A stretch of DNA of 64,000 nucleotides, taken from positions 120,404,001 to 120,468,000 of the forward strand of contig NC_042998.1 in the NCBI RefSeq assembly GCF_006345805.1, written 5' to 3'. Numbering within the stretch: position 1 is the first letter of the stretch; each line of letters opens with the position of its first letter. The notes under the pieces are model-generated. The model saw only the letters and a program-made list of their open reading frames with translations. It was not told the DNA's origin and did no database searches. The position numbers and the translations under genes were made by a program. Below are positions 48,416-61,840 of the stretch, one piece after another. The stretch is from Octopus sinensis (taxonomy: Eukaryota).

Positions 48416-50869
48416 TTACACTCTACATCACTTTAGGATACAGCATATGTGAGCATACACAATTCTACGTTTTAGTAGATAGTGTATTTTATAGTGAATA
48501 GTCTACATCACTTTAGAATAGTACTTTTTTATAATGAGTATACATTGTACATAACTTTAGTAAACAATGTTTTATATTCATTTAAGTCTTCATTCTACAT
48601 TAACCTATTTTCATACATATCATTAGTCAGAATATATTTATAAGCATTTTTGCATATATATAAGGTTGGGTAGTTAAAAAGTTCACTTTCCAACCACATG
48701 GTTTGGTTTCATGTTCAGTCCAATTGTGTAGAACCTTAAGCAAATGTCATTTATAACCACTGATTAACCAAAGCTTTCTGGGTGTATATAGCAGATGGAA
48801 GCTGAAAGAAACCTTGTCATGTGTATATATGTGTTTATACATGTGCATATATGTGTGTATTTGTGTCTCTTTTTCTTGAAATCATGAGATAATTATAAAC
48901 AAGCATCACCATATTACAAGCAAAGTCTCTCATATCCAGTCTTGTAGAAAGACTAATGATAAGAAGAACCAGCTAAATTCAATGTAACTGTTTTGAAAAT
49001 TACATGGCAAATGTCTTACATATTGATAAGTAACTGGTTTGGTAATTCATGGCTTGGTTCTGTATGCTGGACTGCATGGTTCTGTGTTCTAGGTAGCATA
49101 GTTCATGGAAAGACATCTGTTTGGCTTGTGATCTCATCTCTATCTCTTCTCTGTAGTGTGAGGGAGTGTTTCTTATATAACGGTTGGCAGTCAGGAAGAG
49201 AATTTTTCTGCATTAGGATAAAAACTGTTGCTCAAAAACCGATTGACTAGTTAGGACCATCCAATTTCTGCAACGGATTTAGTCCAACCTTAATCGCCTG
49301 ATCAAATGTTGACAATGTCAAAATACAACCATTTGATATAATTTTATAACTAAATAGCTGATTAGACAAAATGTTTGCTACAGGTACATCACATCTGTAT
49401 GCCAAAGATTGATTCAATTAGTTACATAACAATTTGAGTAGGTGGTGATGTAAAAATCTATGTCTATGTGGCAGCTGTTCCATTCTAGATATATGAATAA
49501 TTCCCTATTGTAAGTGTAAACATACCACAGGTTCCATTCTTACAATTTTCATTTGCTTCTGTCCCTGCACAAGCCATCTAACTCCATTTTCTTTACGTTG
49601 CCTTATTGAATAAAGACAGGCTTTATCTCGACTTCACAGTTAAGTGGTTAGTGTTAGGAGAACATGGTTCAGCTGTAAAAATAATTGCTCCAAACAAATA
49701 TACCATCACACTTATGTTAAATGAATTTTAAAAAGAAATATAGGAGCATATTATTGGTGTCACTAACATATTTAATGCCATACACTGATGATCTCACTTC
49801 TCTCAATTAAGGTCAGGTATTAAATGTTGATCTCATTTTATGTGTACCTTCTAATAACTGAGCCCATTCTGAAACTAGTATTTGATGATTCAAAACCAGT
49901 GATGGTTTAGTGAAAGAAAGACTTGAAACCATCATACACCAGCTTAGTTTGCTAAAAAATCAGAAAGAAAAAAACTTTAGAACAGACACTACAGTGAAAC
50001 CCACACATATCCAAACTGTTATACTGTACTGCACATTATTGAACATAGTTTCAAGACAGTATAAGTTACAGTATATCTGGTGTGTTTAATGTGCAGCTGT
50101 TCATTTATCTAGTTTTGTGTTTTACACTATTTTTAATAGATCCTTTCTTCAGCTTTCCTTCATTATCATCATCAACTACATTATTCTGTTTACATAAATG
50201 TTCTCTGTATCTTTTGACTTTAGCTCCTCTTCCAGCAAGTTACTTAGTATTAAGTATGTGAAGGCACATGGCTATGTGGTTAGAGTGTTCGACTCATGAT
50301 TGTAAGGTTGTTAGTTCGATACCCAGTGGTGCATTGTGTCCTTGAGCAAGACACCTTATTTCATGTTGCTCCAGTTCACTCTGCTGGCAAAAATTATTAG
50401 TACCTGTGTTTCAGAAAGCCAGCCTTGTCACATTCTGTGTCATGCTGAAACCTCTTGAGAATTACTTTAGGAGTATGCATATCTTTGGAGTGCTCAGTCA
50501 CTTGCATGTTAATTTCCTGAGCAAGCTGTTCCGTTGATCAGATCAACTGAAACCTTCAATGCTGTAACCAACAAAGTGTCAGTTTTTTTTTTATTAATAT
50601 TTAGTATGTTATCTGATTATCTGGAGACCTCTGTTAGTTGGAGTTAACCATTTATGTGTGTGTGTGTGCCACCAGCCAGACAACTTTGTGGAAGACTGCC
50701 AGTTACTTATGCATGCAAGCCTTCCCTTTCCACACTACTGATATTATCCAAGCAAAAGGTTGATGCTTGAGGGTCAATACAATTTGGCTCCTGCGTCATT
50801 ACTAGGATTGTAGGGTTGTTGTCAGGATGTGGACAGCTCAGACACTTACTGTACTGCATCACATCTGAC

Positions 50870-51262
50870 ACACTAACATTTCTGCCAAGCTGCTACCCTG
50901 GTTTATTATATAAAAGCTCTTGTGCTGATACCATGTAAAAAACACCGATGCCAGTGCCGCATAAAAATGCACTTGTGTCCGTGTCCCACAGAAAGTACCC
51001 ATGCTGGTGCCATGTAATAGTATTGGTGCTGGTGCCATGTACAAAGCATCCAGTACAGTCTGTAAAATGGTTGATGTTAGGAAGGGCATTCAGCCATAGA
51101 AACCAAACCAAAACAGATAATTGGAACCTTGTGCAGCTCTCTGGCTTGCCAGTTTCTGTCAAATTGTTTAACCCATACCAGCTTGGGAAACGGACATTAA
51201 ATGAGGAGGAGAGTGGTGGTGGTGGTGGTGGTGGTGGTGGCGGCGATGACGATGACGAAGAA
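50870..51262 (+). mobile_element. Retroposon copy with RTE 3' tail whose GAT tail has drifted into (GGT)n and (GAA)n
   Basis: TTAGGAAGGGCATTCAGCCATAGAAAC...AACCCATACCAGCTTGGGAAACGGACATTAAATGAGGAGGAGAGTGGTGGT... Confidence 0.8.
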
Positions 51263-52427
51263 GAAGAACCCTATAAGAGTGAAAGGTAAACTTAACCTTA
51301 GTGGGATTTGAACTTAGAATACAGTTGAAACAGGTGCCAATTCATCACTTTATTTATACAGACATTTATTTCTGGTGTTCATCTGTAGTTTCCTTTATTT
51401 CCAAACAATGTTCCCAGCATCATATTGGATATAGTGTAATGTTACTCTCGTGACCAATATAGATATCATTGATTTATTGAAATCATGAAATTAATAATAT
51501 CACAGTCAGATCATATAGCTTTGCCCTCCCCACTTCATTCTGCTTTATGTTTCTTTTATATAGCTGAGATATTTTCTTTGTTGGCGACAAAAGGTTTTCC
51601 TCATAGTATGCAAGCTAGACTTAGTGAAATGTGTTTGTGTATAATAATATATAAATCATACCATGTTTGACTATCATGATATTACATGGTACTGAGACAT
51701 GGTATGTTTTATAATCATTGGGAATAGTACTATTTATGTCACTTGTCGATTTGAATTGCACTAAATTTGTGACAATGCTTCATACTGTTACCAAAATATC
51801 TTGTGTAAAACATTCTGCCTAAAACATCTTTAGTAAACCAAAATTTAATTTTAGGGAACAAGAGAGCCTCTGTGCATTAAAATTAAGCCAAATCTTCCCC
51901 CAAAATCACCCTCTGAGAAAAGAAAAATTGGGGACTTAAGACAAATCAGATAAGTGTGATCCATGAAAAATAGATTACAAGTGAACTCATGAGTTCACTT
52001 ATGGTCTACATGAAAAATAGAGCACAAACAAATCAGTGACTGGCTGGTTTTTAAAGACATCAGCCAATATATGTAAAAATAGAAGTAAAAAGATAAGTGG
52101 GGATAGGGAATGTATTGTGAGTTGTCAGTGGAAGCTATGTATGGAAGAGGATTGTTAAAGATGCAAAAAGAAAAGGTAAGGTTTTGATTTGTGCAAAATT
52201 TGGCTGTTGTTTCTTGCTATAGAAGCTACCTTTTTGACTCTCAATCGTTGACACATTAGAGGTAAGGTTAAATGTTAAACTGTTAGGCTTCACAGCTGAG
52301 ATGATATGACCAACATGATAGGTGACATGTAGTGACATATAGCACACCATGTCAGAATAGAAAGAAAAAGGGGACTTCAAAACAGGAATATTAGAAGTGT
52401 TAGATATATTGTTATATCAATTCTTTT

Positions 52428-53445
52428 TATAGTGAAGCCTCATGTAATTTATGCACCTGTGTAATTTATGCAGGTGATTTTCAGGATAAAATTTGTTAAA
52501 AAAGGCTTCTACTTGTGTAAAATTCACATCTAAAAGTTTCCAAAATTTCTGATATAGTCAGAGGAAAAAGGTTTTCAATTTAGTTGTATTTAGCATAATT
52601 TCACTTACTTATGATTAGATTTTATTAAATTTTCATTAGATAAAAATAATTTCTGTTTAACAGGTATCACATTGAAAGCTATTAAATTACAAAGTGTTTG
52701 TGCTGTTTGTCATAAACTTTATTTTACATTTCTTGCCCACAAGAGATTATGTCTGATCTTTAGCATACTGCTGTATGTCTTCTCAAATCACGATCACAGG
52801 AATTGTTGATAAGAATTACCAACAAAGCTGATAAATATGCACAAGTATTGCAAATTAAGTTTAGTTACCAATATGCATCAGCTTGGATGACACTACTCCA
52901 TCGACAGAGGAAGGTGGCTGATCAAACTTATTATGATCAAAACTTTAATCCCTTTCACACTTATAAAATGTCAAGCAAACTTAAAAATTTGCCATTACCG
53001 TTATTGTCAGTATGAACAGAATTTATGAATTGTTTACTGCAGAGGAGAAATTAAACATGTGCTCCATTGCGATAAGTAGAAACTCCAAGCAATGTAAAAT
53101 ATGGCCTGGAACGTATTTACCAGCAAGACCGTCAGACTTCAAAAACTAGTTCACCATTTAATGGATTTAGTAAATTTATACAGTAAAAGTAAGCATTATA
53201 CCACCCAGCATAAATAAAAGTCAACTTCATTATGCATATTTAAGGCATTATTTTTTTCTGTAAAAACCTCTTCTGACATTAAATGAGTCAACTTCTGGTA
53301 TGAATTTTTGTTTTGTACATCTTTTTTCGACAAAAAAATTTCAATAAAAAACCAGAAATGATCTACTCATGTAATTTACACTCCTCCTAAAGTATATGTT
53401 TATTTTTGTGGAAAAAGTGCATAAATTAATTGCATTTTTACGGTA
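52428..53445. mobile_element. Probable decayed pogo/Tigger-type DNA transposon (~1 kb)
   Basis: Degenerate 29-bp inverted ends TATAGTGAAGCCTCATGTAATTTATGCAC vs TACCGTAAAAATGCAATTAATTTATGCAC (~20/29); no clear ORF. Confidence 0.45.
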
Positions 53446-55984
53446 CTTGCTTGGCTCTGTCTTGAGAGTGTGACCACAACATAGTAAAGTTACTAGCATA
53501 GCTGTGTGCTTTAGAAATTTGCTTTGAGGTTCAGTTGGATTCAGTCCCACTGCACGGTATCTTGTGCAGGTGTCTTCTACTATAACTTCAGGCTAACGAA
53601 TACCTTGTGAGTGAATTTGGCTAATAGAAGCTGTATGAATGCCTTTTGTGTGTGTACATGTAGATTGGTAGATTGATAGATAGATATAAATAGCATTTAA
53701 AATGTACAACACCTGTTTTGGTAGAATTATATTTTAATGTTGTCATAACAGATTACACTATAACATACAGAGCATGTGTCCTACATGTTGATATGCCTTG
53801 GTTCTTAAGAATCCTCATAACCAAATCATATATAGATAGATGTGTGTGTGTGTGTGTATACAGTGTGTGTATTTGACCCCACTCCTATCTCCACAACTTG
53901 ACAACTGGTGTTGCTTTGTTTATGGCTTTGCAAATTGACCGGTTTTGCAAAAGAGACCAATAAAATTTGTACCAGATTTTAAAAAATTACTACTGGGATC
54001 AATTTGTTTGACTAAACCCTATCATGACTGCTGTCCAATGACTGAAACAAGCACAATATGAAAGTGGTTTTTTTTTTTGTTTTGTTTTTTATATACTTAT
54101 GTTGTTCAACAGTTTAGTTTTACTGCTTTAACTGTTATTCATATGGACTATCTAAACTTAGCTACCTCCCTCCCTCCTTCTATAATATAAATATGAGATG
54201 ATTCCTCTTGGCAATAGATTTTTTTTTTCCTGCTTAACATCAAGCTTGACTAATCATTAGAGTACTTGTGGCAGAGTTTTAATATTTGCCTGAGAGTTTG
54301 GCTGTCGGAAAACTACTGGTTTGGTTCTTTCATTCTATATGGAGAAAGTGGGGATTATGGCAAAGTGAAATTGTTTGACAGTGATAAATTAGTTATTGTT
54401 ATTTGTTTTATTTAAATCATTAGAAATGGAGAGATTGTTTCTTGAGTTGTTATGTAACTTGTTATTTACCCAGGTCAACCGTGATAAAGCACAGGATTTC
54501 CAGACATGACCATTTCTATCTCTCTCTATCTCTCTCTCTCCATATTATCAAATATGTCTTTTTTCCTTGAGTGAAATTGGAGGTAGATTTAGCTGCTATT
54601 TCTACTGGGTCAACTGACCATATAGAGGCTCTTTCATTAGCTTGGTGTAGAATTACTTTATATAGTTAGTAGAATTGTCACTATCTTAGTTTATTATTGA
54701 GTGAGGAGTTATACAAGACATTGAAAATAAAAATTTCCCTGAAATTGTCTGTTGTGGCAAAAAACAGCATATGTGATCCATTACAGGACATCCATGGCTG
54801 GTAGAAAGAAGAGAGTTATTTTCAGACCTACTGTTTGCAACAGTGTGGACTGTACTAAAGGTGCATATGGGTACAGTTGCTAAATGTTAGTGGTAAACTC
54901 ATCCACCAAAGCCCACTGTTGTTTAGCTCGGGACAGACTTGGAAAAAGTATGTAAGATCATTCTTAGAGGGATATGATGGCAGTTCTTATTGTCTAAAGA
55001 TCATTAAGAAGAGCAGCTATGCCTACATGCAGGGGCTGCAAATGCAAGTACCAGAGGGATGTTCTTCCTGCCTGTGCTTAGTTTGAAAGTGACAGTCAGT
55101 TCATGCAATCTGATCTCATTCTTTAGACTTGAAGGTCTGACCACAGTGGCCCAGCAGACTAAAGATGGCTGCAGTGACCAGCAAGCTGAAGGTTTTTACA
55201 TTTAAGTGGCCTTTTCCTAGGTGAGTTCCCTTAAAGGGTTGGGGAGCTCCACATATCCTGGAGTTGTTGGAAGAGTGTCAAAATGAGTACTGGGCTGCCT
55301 AAGGAACTCCATGGTTGACTCCCGCTAGCCTTTTCCTTACTCAAGGCAATAAGTAGAGGGATATAGAGGAGGATTAAAGTTAGGGAATGAACCTGCAATA
55401 CAACAGTGAGACAGTGAAAAACCACCTTTGCTTGCTTTGCTAGCTCATCCTTCCTCCTCTTTTGGTTAGTGTAAGTAAATGTGTGTGTGCTTTCATTTAA
55501 AAAAAGAAAAGAAAAATCATTAGGAAACTTAGTTGAAAATCAATATTGAGCTAATAAAACATTATTACTGGAAAGTTTTGTTGAGGTTTTATTTAATATA
55601 AAATAGTTATTTCCAAAATTACTGATCTAACAAAAAAGTCAATATTTTATATATGACAGGTTTTGTTTATACGACTGGATTACTCCAGATGTTATACAGC
55701 ATAATTGAACATATTTCTTATCTGTTCTTTATTATTTAATCATTAGGATGGTAATCTTTCCTTACATCCAACTCAAATGAATTGCCATTTTTGGCAAACT
55801 CTATCTTATTTCCTATATTAGGCAACAATTATTCTGTCTAACATTAAACCTTGCCTTGTTTTTTCCCAATATTCTGTAATTGTTATTGTTATATTTTAGA
55901 TGACATGGCCTATATTTCCTCTTATTTCTGGTCCAGTGATTACAGACTAGATTTCTAGAGTCATCTACTTGAGATATATACAGA

Positions 55985-57920
55985 GTCATCATCATCATCA
56001 TCATCATCGTTTAGCGTCCGTTTTCCATGCTAGCATGGGTTGGACGGTTCTACTGGGGTCTGTGAAGCCAGAAGGCTTCATCAGGCCCAGTCAAATCTGG
56101 CAGTGTTTCTACGGCTGGATGCCCTTCCTAACGCCAACCACTCCGTGAGTGTAGTGGGTGCTTTTTACGTGCCACCCGCACTGGTGCCAGACAGAGCTGG
56201 CAAACGGCCACGAACGGATGGTGCTTTTTATGTGCCACCAGCACGAGGGCCAGGCGAGGCTGGCAACGGACACGAAAAGGGGCGGTGCTGGCAACGGTCG
56301 CAAAACGGAAAGTTCTCTTACATGCCACCGGCACTGGTAACACATCTGCAATTTCCATTGATCGATTTCGATTCTGATCGTCACTTGCCTCAACGGGTCT
56401 TCACAAGCAGAGTTTTGACATGCCACCGGCACTGGTAGCACATCCGCAATTTCCATTGATCGATTTCGATTCTGATCCTCACTTGCCTCATCACGTCTTC
56501 ACAAGTAGAGTTTTGTGTCCCAAGAAGGGAAGGTATGCATACGTAGGCTGGCTCCATCCCATGTAGAAGGCCACGGGTTATGGACTCACTTGTCCTGCCG
56601 GGTCTTCTCGCGCACAGCACACTTCCAGAGGTCTCGGTCTCTAGTCATTTCCTCAGTGAGACCTAAAGTTCGAAGGTCGTGCTTCACCACCTCGTCCCAG
56701 GTTTTCCTGGGTCTGCCTCTTCCACAGGTTCCCTCAACCGCTAGGGTGTGGCACTTTTTCACACAACTATCTTCATCCATTCTCGCCACATGACCATACC
56801 AGCGCAAACGTCTCTCTTGCACACCACAACTGATGCTTCTTAGGTCCAGCTTTTCTCTCAAGGTACTTACACTCTGCCGAGTGTGAGTACCGGCATTACA
56901 CATCCATCGGAGCATACTGGCTTCATTTCTAGCGAGCTTACGCATATCCTCAGCAGTCACGGCCCATGTTTCACTGCCATGTAGCATGGCTGTTCGTACA
57001 CACGCATCATACAGTCTGCCTTTCACTCTGTGCGAGAGGCCTTTTGTCACCAGCAGAGGTAAGAGCTCTCTGAACTTTGCCCAAGCTATTCTTACTCTAG
57101 CAGTTACACTTTCAGCACACCCGCCCCCGCTGCTGACTTGGTCACCTAGGTAACGGAAACTATCAACTATTTCTAGTTTTTCTCCCTGGAAAGTGACGGA
57201 AGTTGGTCTCAGAGCATTTTCAGTGTTTATTGTTCCTGAGCATCTGCCACATACAAAAACCATCTTCCTAGTTAGCCTTCCTTTGACATTGCTGCATCTC
57301 TTATGTGTCCATAGCTTACACTTGGTGCATCTTATAGAGTTTCTACCTACACCTTTTCTACAGATCGAGCAGGGCCATCTACCTGAAGGTGTTTGTGATT
57401 TGTCTACCTTCCTACTGATTACGACTTTGGTTTTAGCTAGATTGACTCTGAGGCCCTTCGATTCTAATCCTTGTTTCCACACCTGAAACTTCTCCTCCAG
57501 TTCTGATAGTGACTCAGCAATTAGAGCAAGGTCATCAGCATAGAGGAGCTCCCAAGGGCATCCTGTCTTGAATTCCTCCGTTATTGCCTGGAGGACTATG
57601 ATAAATAGGAGGGGGCTGAGTACTGAGCCTTGGTGGACTCCTACCTCTACCCGGAATTCTTCACTGTACACATTTCCAACCCTCACCCTACTAGCGGCGT
57701 CCCTGTACATGGCCCGCACAGCTCTCACTAACCATTCATCTATCCCTAGTTTCCTCATTGCCCACCAGATAAGGGATCGGGGGACCCTGTCGAAGGCTTT
57801 CTCCATGTCAACAAAAGCCAGGTACAGGGGCTTATCTTTGGCTAGGTATTTCTCCTGCAGCTGCCTTACCAGGAATATAGCATCAGTAGTACTTTTCCCT
57901 GGCACAAACCCAAACTGCAT
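55985..57920 (-). mobile_element. Young 5'-truncated RTE-clade LINE: open RT frame to the stop at 56586, 3' UTR and (GAT)n tail, antisense to Trio
   Basis: Uninterrupted QFGFVPGKSTTDAIF...AFVDMEKAFDRV...GVHQGSVLSPLLF...LYADDLAL...RRLRWYGHV; CpG-rich against an AT-rich background; (CAT)n at ~55986-56007 on +. Confidence 0.96.
56586..57920 (-). CDS. RTE reverse transcriptase C-terminal part with an embedded C4HC3 zinc finger (no start codon of its own)
   Basis: ORF track 56586..58025; the first ~35 codons are flanking host DNA and homology starts at MQFGF. Confidence 0.9.
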   Translation of the reverse strand: MQFGFVPGKSTTDAIFLVRQLQEKYLAKDKPLYLAFVDMEKAFDRVPRSLIWWAMRKLGIDEWLVRAVRAMYRDAASRVRVGNVYSEEFRVEVGVHQGSVLSPLLFIIVLQAITEEFKTGCPWELLYADDLALIAESLSELEEKFQVWKQGLESKGLRVNLAKTKVVISRKVDKSQTPSGRWPCSICRKGVGRNSIRCTKCKLWTHKRCSNVKGRLTRKMVFVCGRCSGTINTENALRPTSVTFQGEKLEIVDSFRYLGDQVSSGGGCAESVTARVRIAWAKFRELLPLLVTKGLSHRVKGRLYDACVRTAMLHGSETWAVTAEDMRKLARNEASMLRWMCNAGTHTRQSVSTLREKLDLRSISCGVQERRLRWYGHVARMDEDSCVKKCHTLAVEGTCGRGRPRKTWDEVVKHDLRTLGLTEEMTRDRDLWKCAVREKTRQDK

Positions 57921-58819
57921 GATAGGTTTATTATTAAAAGCTTCTATCTGAACAAAACTAGAAAGTGACCAGTCACTTTTACTGGCCTTTAATCTGCTAT
58001 CACTGTTCGTTTGATTGCATTTCAAGACAAATTTGTACTTGTGATACCTTCTAACATTTGCTAATTGTCTATATTGTTGATTATTGAACTTTTTCAGTCG
58101 CTCTTAAGTTGTGTATCACTATAGAAGCAGCATTGTTTGTTAGATGTTTCAGGGTCAACTGTATCCTTGTGACACCTTAGAGTATAATTTCTATTCAGTT
58201 TCTAGAAGAGAAATAACTAAAGTTTATACCTATTTCACCTAATCCACCTATATTTCAGGTATATATTATTAATCTCCCCATTTTTCTTACCTCTGAGTGT
58301 GCGTATACACACAGATATATATATATGGTCCTCTACAATAAGAGAATGTGATAGATCTTAAGAACAGATAATCTGGACGAAGTGGGATTGTGGTTGGCAG
58401 TATAGAAGGATAATATGTGATGTTAAGAGAGAGCACAGGTGATGAAATAGTTGAGGTAAGAGAGTGAAGGTTGTCAATAAAGTATTGATTTGAGGGATGG
58501 GGAATAATGGCTAGCAGTACAGGAGGATAAATGGAGGGATGTACACCATATTATAACAAGACTACATTAGAAGATTAATGGTCTCTAAAAGATCGATATG
58601 CTTTTTACCTGAGTGGAAGTAGTAATTGTAATAGTGGAAGGTGCTGTTGATGGTAATGAATATAGGGGATCATTTGGTAGAATAAAAAATGTAATGTGTT
58701 GTAATTGGCAAGGAAGTATCATCAAGGATTGTTTTTGTTATTTTTGAAGATACTACACTTCTCTGAACGATAAACATAGAGTGGCTTCACTTTCGAATCC
58801 CTTGATAAAATGGTGCAAA

Positions 58820-59300
58820 AAAGTAATTTTAACCTATCCCTCATTAATTTATCATCAAGCAATTTGGTCTCCTCCCATGTGATTTGTGTATCTCTACCAC
58901 CATACCTCCATCAGTCTCATAGCAATTAAAAATTTTGCAGAAATGATCTCACTTCAAAAGTTCACAAAATTTGGTATGATATTTTTCTGCAATAACCTTG
59001 TCTGAGTTGGCAGCTTCCTTATTGCTCAAAACGCTGAATACCCAACCCCTATTTGTAAAAGGTTTTGACCAAACACTTGCAAGTTTTAAATTCTACTGGT
59101 TTCATATCACACTCAGCATTGCTACCACAAGCATCTCTCTCAAGTGCTTATGAAGAGATTTAGATTTGTACAAATGCTTCATTCACTGAATCACCAGCTA
59201 ATTGTTTCTTTTTGAATAAAAGATTTTTCCTTAGACTGTGAACATGTAGTTTTTATACACACAGACAATATCCAACACCCATCACTCTGTTATATTAACC
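58820..59300 (-). mobile_element. Tigger/pogo transposase remnant
   Basis: Minus-strand frames give EFKTCK and EAANSDKVIAEKY...KIFNCYET, resembling FKASxGW and GEAASAD...QIFNCDET. Confidence 0.6.
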
Positions 59301-61756
59301 TCATTATTTAAAGCACTATTTAATCGATCAATCTAAATACCTTTCATACTTTTACTACAGATTAAAAGAGAGCTAATCTAACCAAATGGCTTTCAGAGTT
59401 ATGACCCCTGGGCTACACCTTTCTCCTTCATTATCATATACTCAGTGTAATCTAATTTTTTTCTCATTTTTTTCACCTTGTTCAGAGTTCATTGAGTAAC
59501 TACTTTTGTTTTCAGTTAGATGTGAAAAATATTTGAAGTTTCTAGAAGTTCTAGGACCCCAGTTAGAACCTAAATTGCACCTACACATAAATGGCTGTGT
59601 TACACTCCCTACAAAATAAATATATAATAGTGTTATTATCGCATGTCTTGTCTTAATTCTGTCATATAGCTGATAGGCCTTCTATGTATACAAATTATAT
59701 TTCGTTTATTACATGTTATTTATTTTTTCTGTTACTTTTCTTGCTTTTTTGTTTTATATATTTTCCCATCTCCTCATAACTCATACTTTTATAGCTTGTC
59801 AAGAGAATCCCATCCTTTTTTTTACATTCCTCACTCTGTCCTTCATGTTCACTTATTTATACCCCAGCAGCTTTTTGTTGTCAACCAAATTTACTGTCAC
59901 CAAATTGGACAATATTATTAATAAGGTGTCAAATTTTTGATGATTCTTGGTTGATAACTGTTGAAAGATGCATGTCTATGTGTTTTGCTTGCCTTTTTGT
60001 CTGTTTTCTACACATTCCTTTTTCCTCCTTCTGTGCCAGGCTACATTTACTATCATATGTACACACACACACACAAATATATGCATACATCAGCATCATC
60101 ATTGAATATCCACTTTCCATGCTGGCACAGGTTGGATAAGTCATCAAAATCTGAGTTCTTATTCAGAATTACTGCCCTCCCAGACTGGTCAGCAGATCAC
60201 ATCTCACCCTTAATGTTTCATTTTTGACATGGTTATTACACCTTCCTAATACCAACCACTTAAAATGTATTGGGTGCAATTTATCATTGCACCAGTACTA
60301 GAGAGGATGGAGATGCTAGAGTGGCAGGCAGCAAGAGGCTGATAAATTGTGGGAGAGAATGATTGGTGTTGTTAGCAAATTTGCATTGTATGGGATACAT
60401 GCAGATCTACTGAGACCACTAATCTATATGCCTCGAAATGGGCAAGAAATCTAGGATGATGTGGATAACAGAGATGGGTAGTGTTGATAAGAGGGTCAAA
60501 CAGACCCCATGGCATGCCTAGTTACACTGGAAATTATATAGTGTGAGCCAAAGAGATCAGTTGCTGTCTTTAGTCACATGAGTAACATAATACAATGAGA
60601 ATGAGAAGAAGGGTGAATGATTGAGAGAATAGCAATAGGAGCATGAGTTCTTGAATAATAAAGGCAAGGGTGATAGAGACAGGTGTCAGAGTGGATGATA
60701 AACAGGTGGGCAATAAGTGGGGATGTATGATAGGGAGGTAGGTCTTGATTATGTTAGAGATGTGAGGCTAATCAAGGAGAACAAAGCTGTAGCCTTGATA
60801 ATGTTTGTGTGTGTGTGTGTTTGTGTGTGTGTGCGTACGTACATATGTATGCACATACATACCAATACATTTTTACATACATCTACCTGAGGATTGGAAA
60901 AAGTCTATTTCACATGTGCTCATAGTTCACATTGTGTGTGTGTATGTATATATGATGGTCTCTCCTATTATATATTAAACTGAAAGAGGTCTGTTGTATA
61001 CACATGCACTTCCTCTCTTGGCACCATACACTAATTGCAGAGAGACATTACCATCATACAAGTTTTGTTGTTTGTTTGCAATCTTCTGAGAAAATATGTC
61101 AGGCCATTGTACTTTTCATGTTCAAAGGGTTAGGAGCAACATAACTGTACTTGAAAATTGGTGTAAGTTGGAAAAAAGAAGGGCAAACAGCCATAGAAAA
61201 TCTCCCTCAATAAATTTCACCTGACTTGTAAAAGCATAGAAAAGTAACTGTTAACTCAATGGTAATTTGGTGGCAGTGGGGGTAGTGTGTGTGTCATTCT
61301 GATGATAGCTAAGCCGGCTGAAACTTTGAAATCATTGTCAGTATGCATTAGAGTAATAAATTTGTGCTCTACAAAAAGCATAGAGTAAGCCTTCAGTTTT
61401 TTGTAGAATTGTTTTTGTTATAACTCAGTATGAAAACTCTGTGTGTGTGTGTGTGTGTGTATATCTCTGCCTGTCTGTTTGTTTATATACTTACATGTAT
61501 CTAGGTTTTTTTTTTTATCTCTGTCACTATGTATGTAATCCTCATGTCCTAACATGTACTTATTGATTGTAAATGAGAAGTCATTCATATAAACGTTGTC
61601 ACTTCTATGAATGTGGAAATACATATAGTGACAGCGTTGTAGAAATATTTGCTTCTCCTAAGTTTATTGTCTGACCACACACTAACATGGTAAGATGGAT
61701 GTTAAAATTATGATATTTACAGATATATGCATTGTGTGTGTGTATACATGTGCATA

Positions 61757-61788
<32 letters not shown>

Positions 61789-61840
61789 CGTTTATATATT
61801 TGTTGTGCAAGATTTTTTATGTGAAGTCATGTGTTGAAAC

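Noticed and set aside
50948-51289. 113-aa ORF ending in poly-Gly and acidic runs
   Set aside because: It is a translation of an RTE-tail repeat and its drifted trinucleotide tail.
57921-58025. N-terminal 35 aa (MKCNQTNS...) of the 479-aa ORF as a real protein start
   Set aside because: It is AT-rich flanking DNA that happens to be in frame. RT homology begins at MQFGF, so this is a 5'-truncated LINE, not a new gene.
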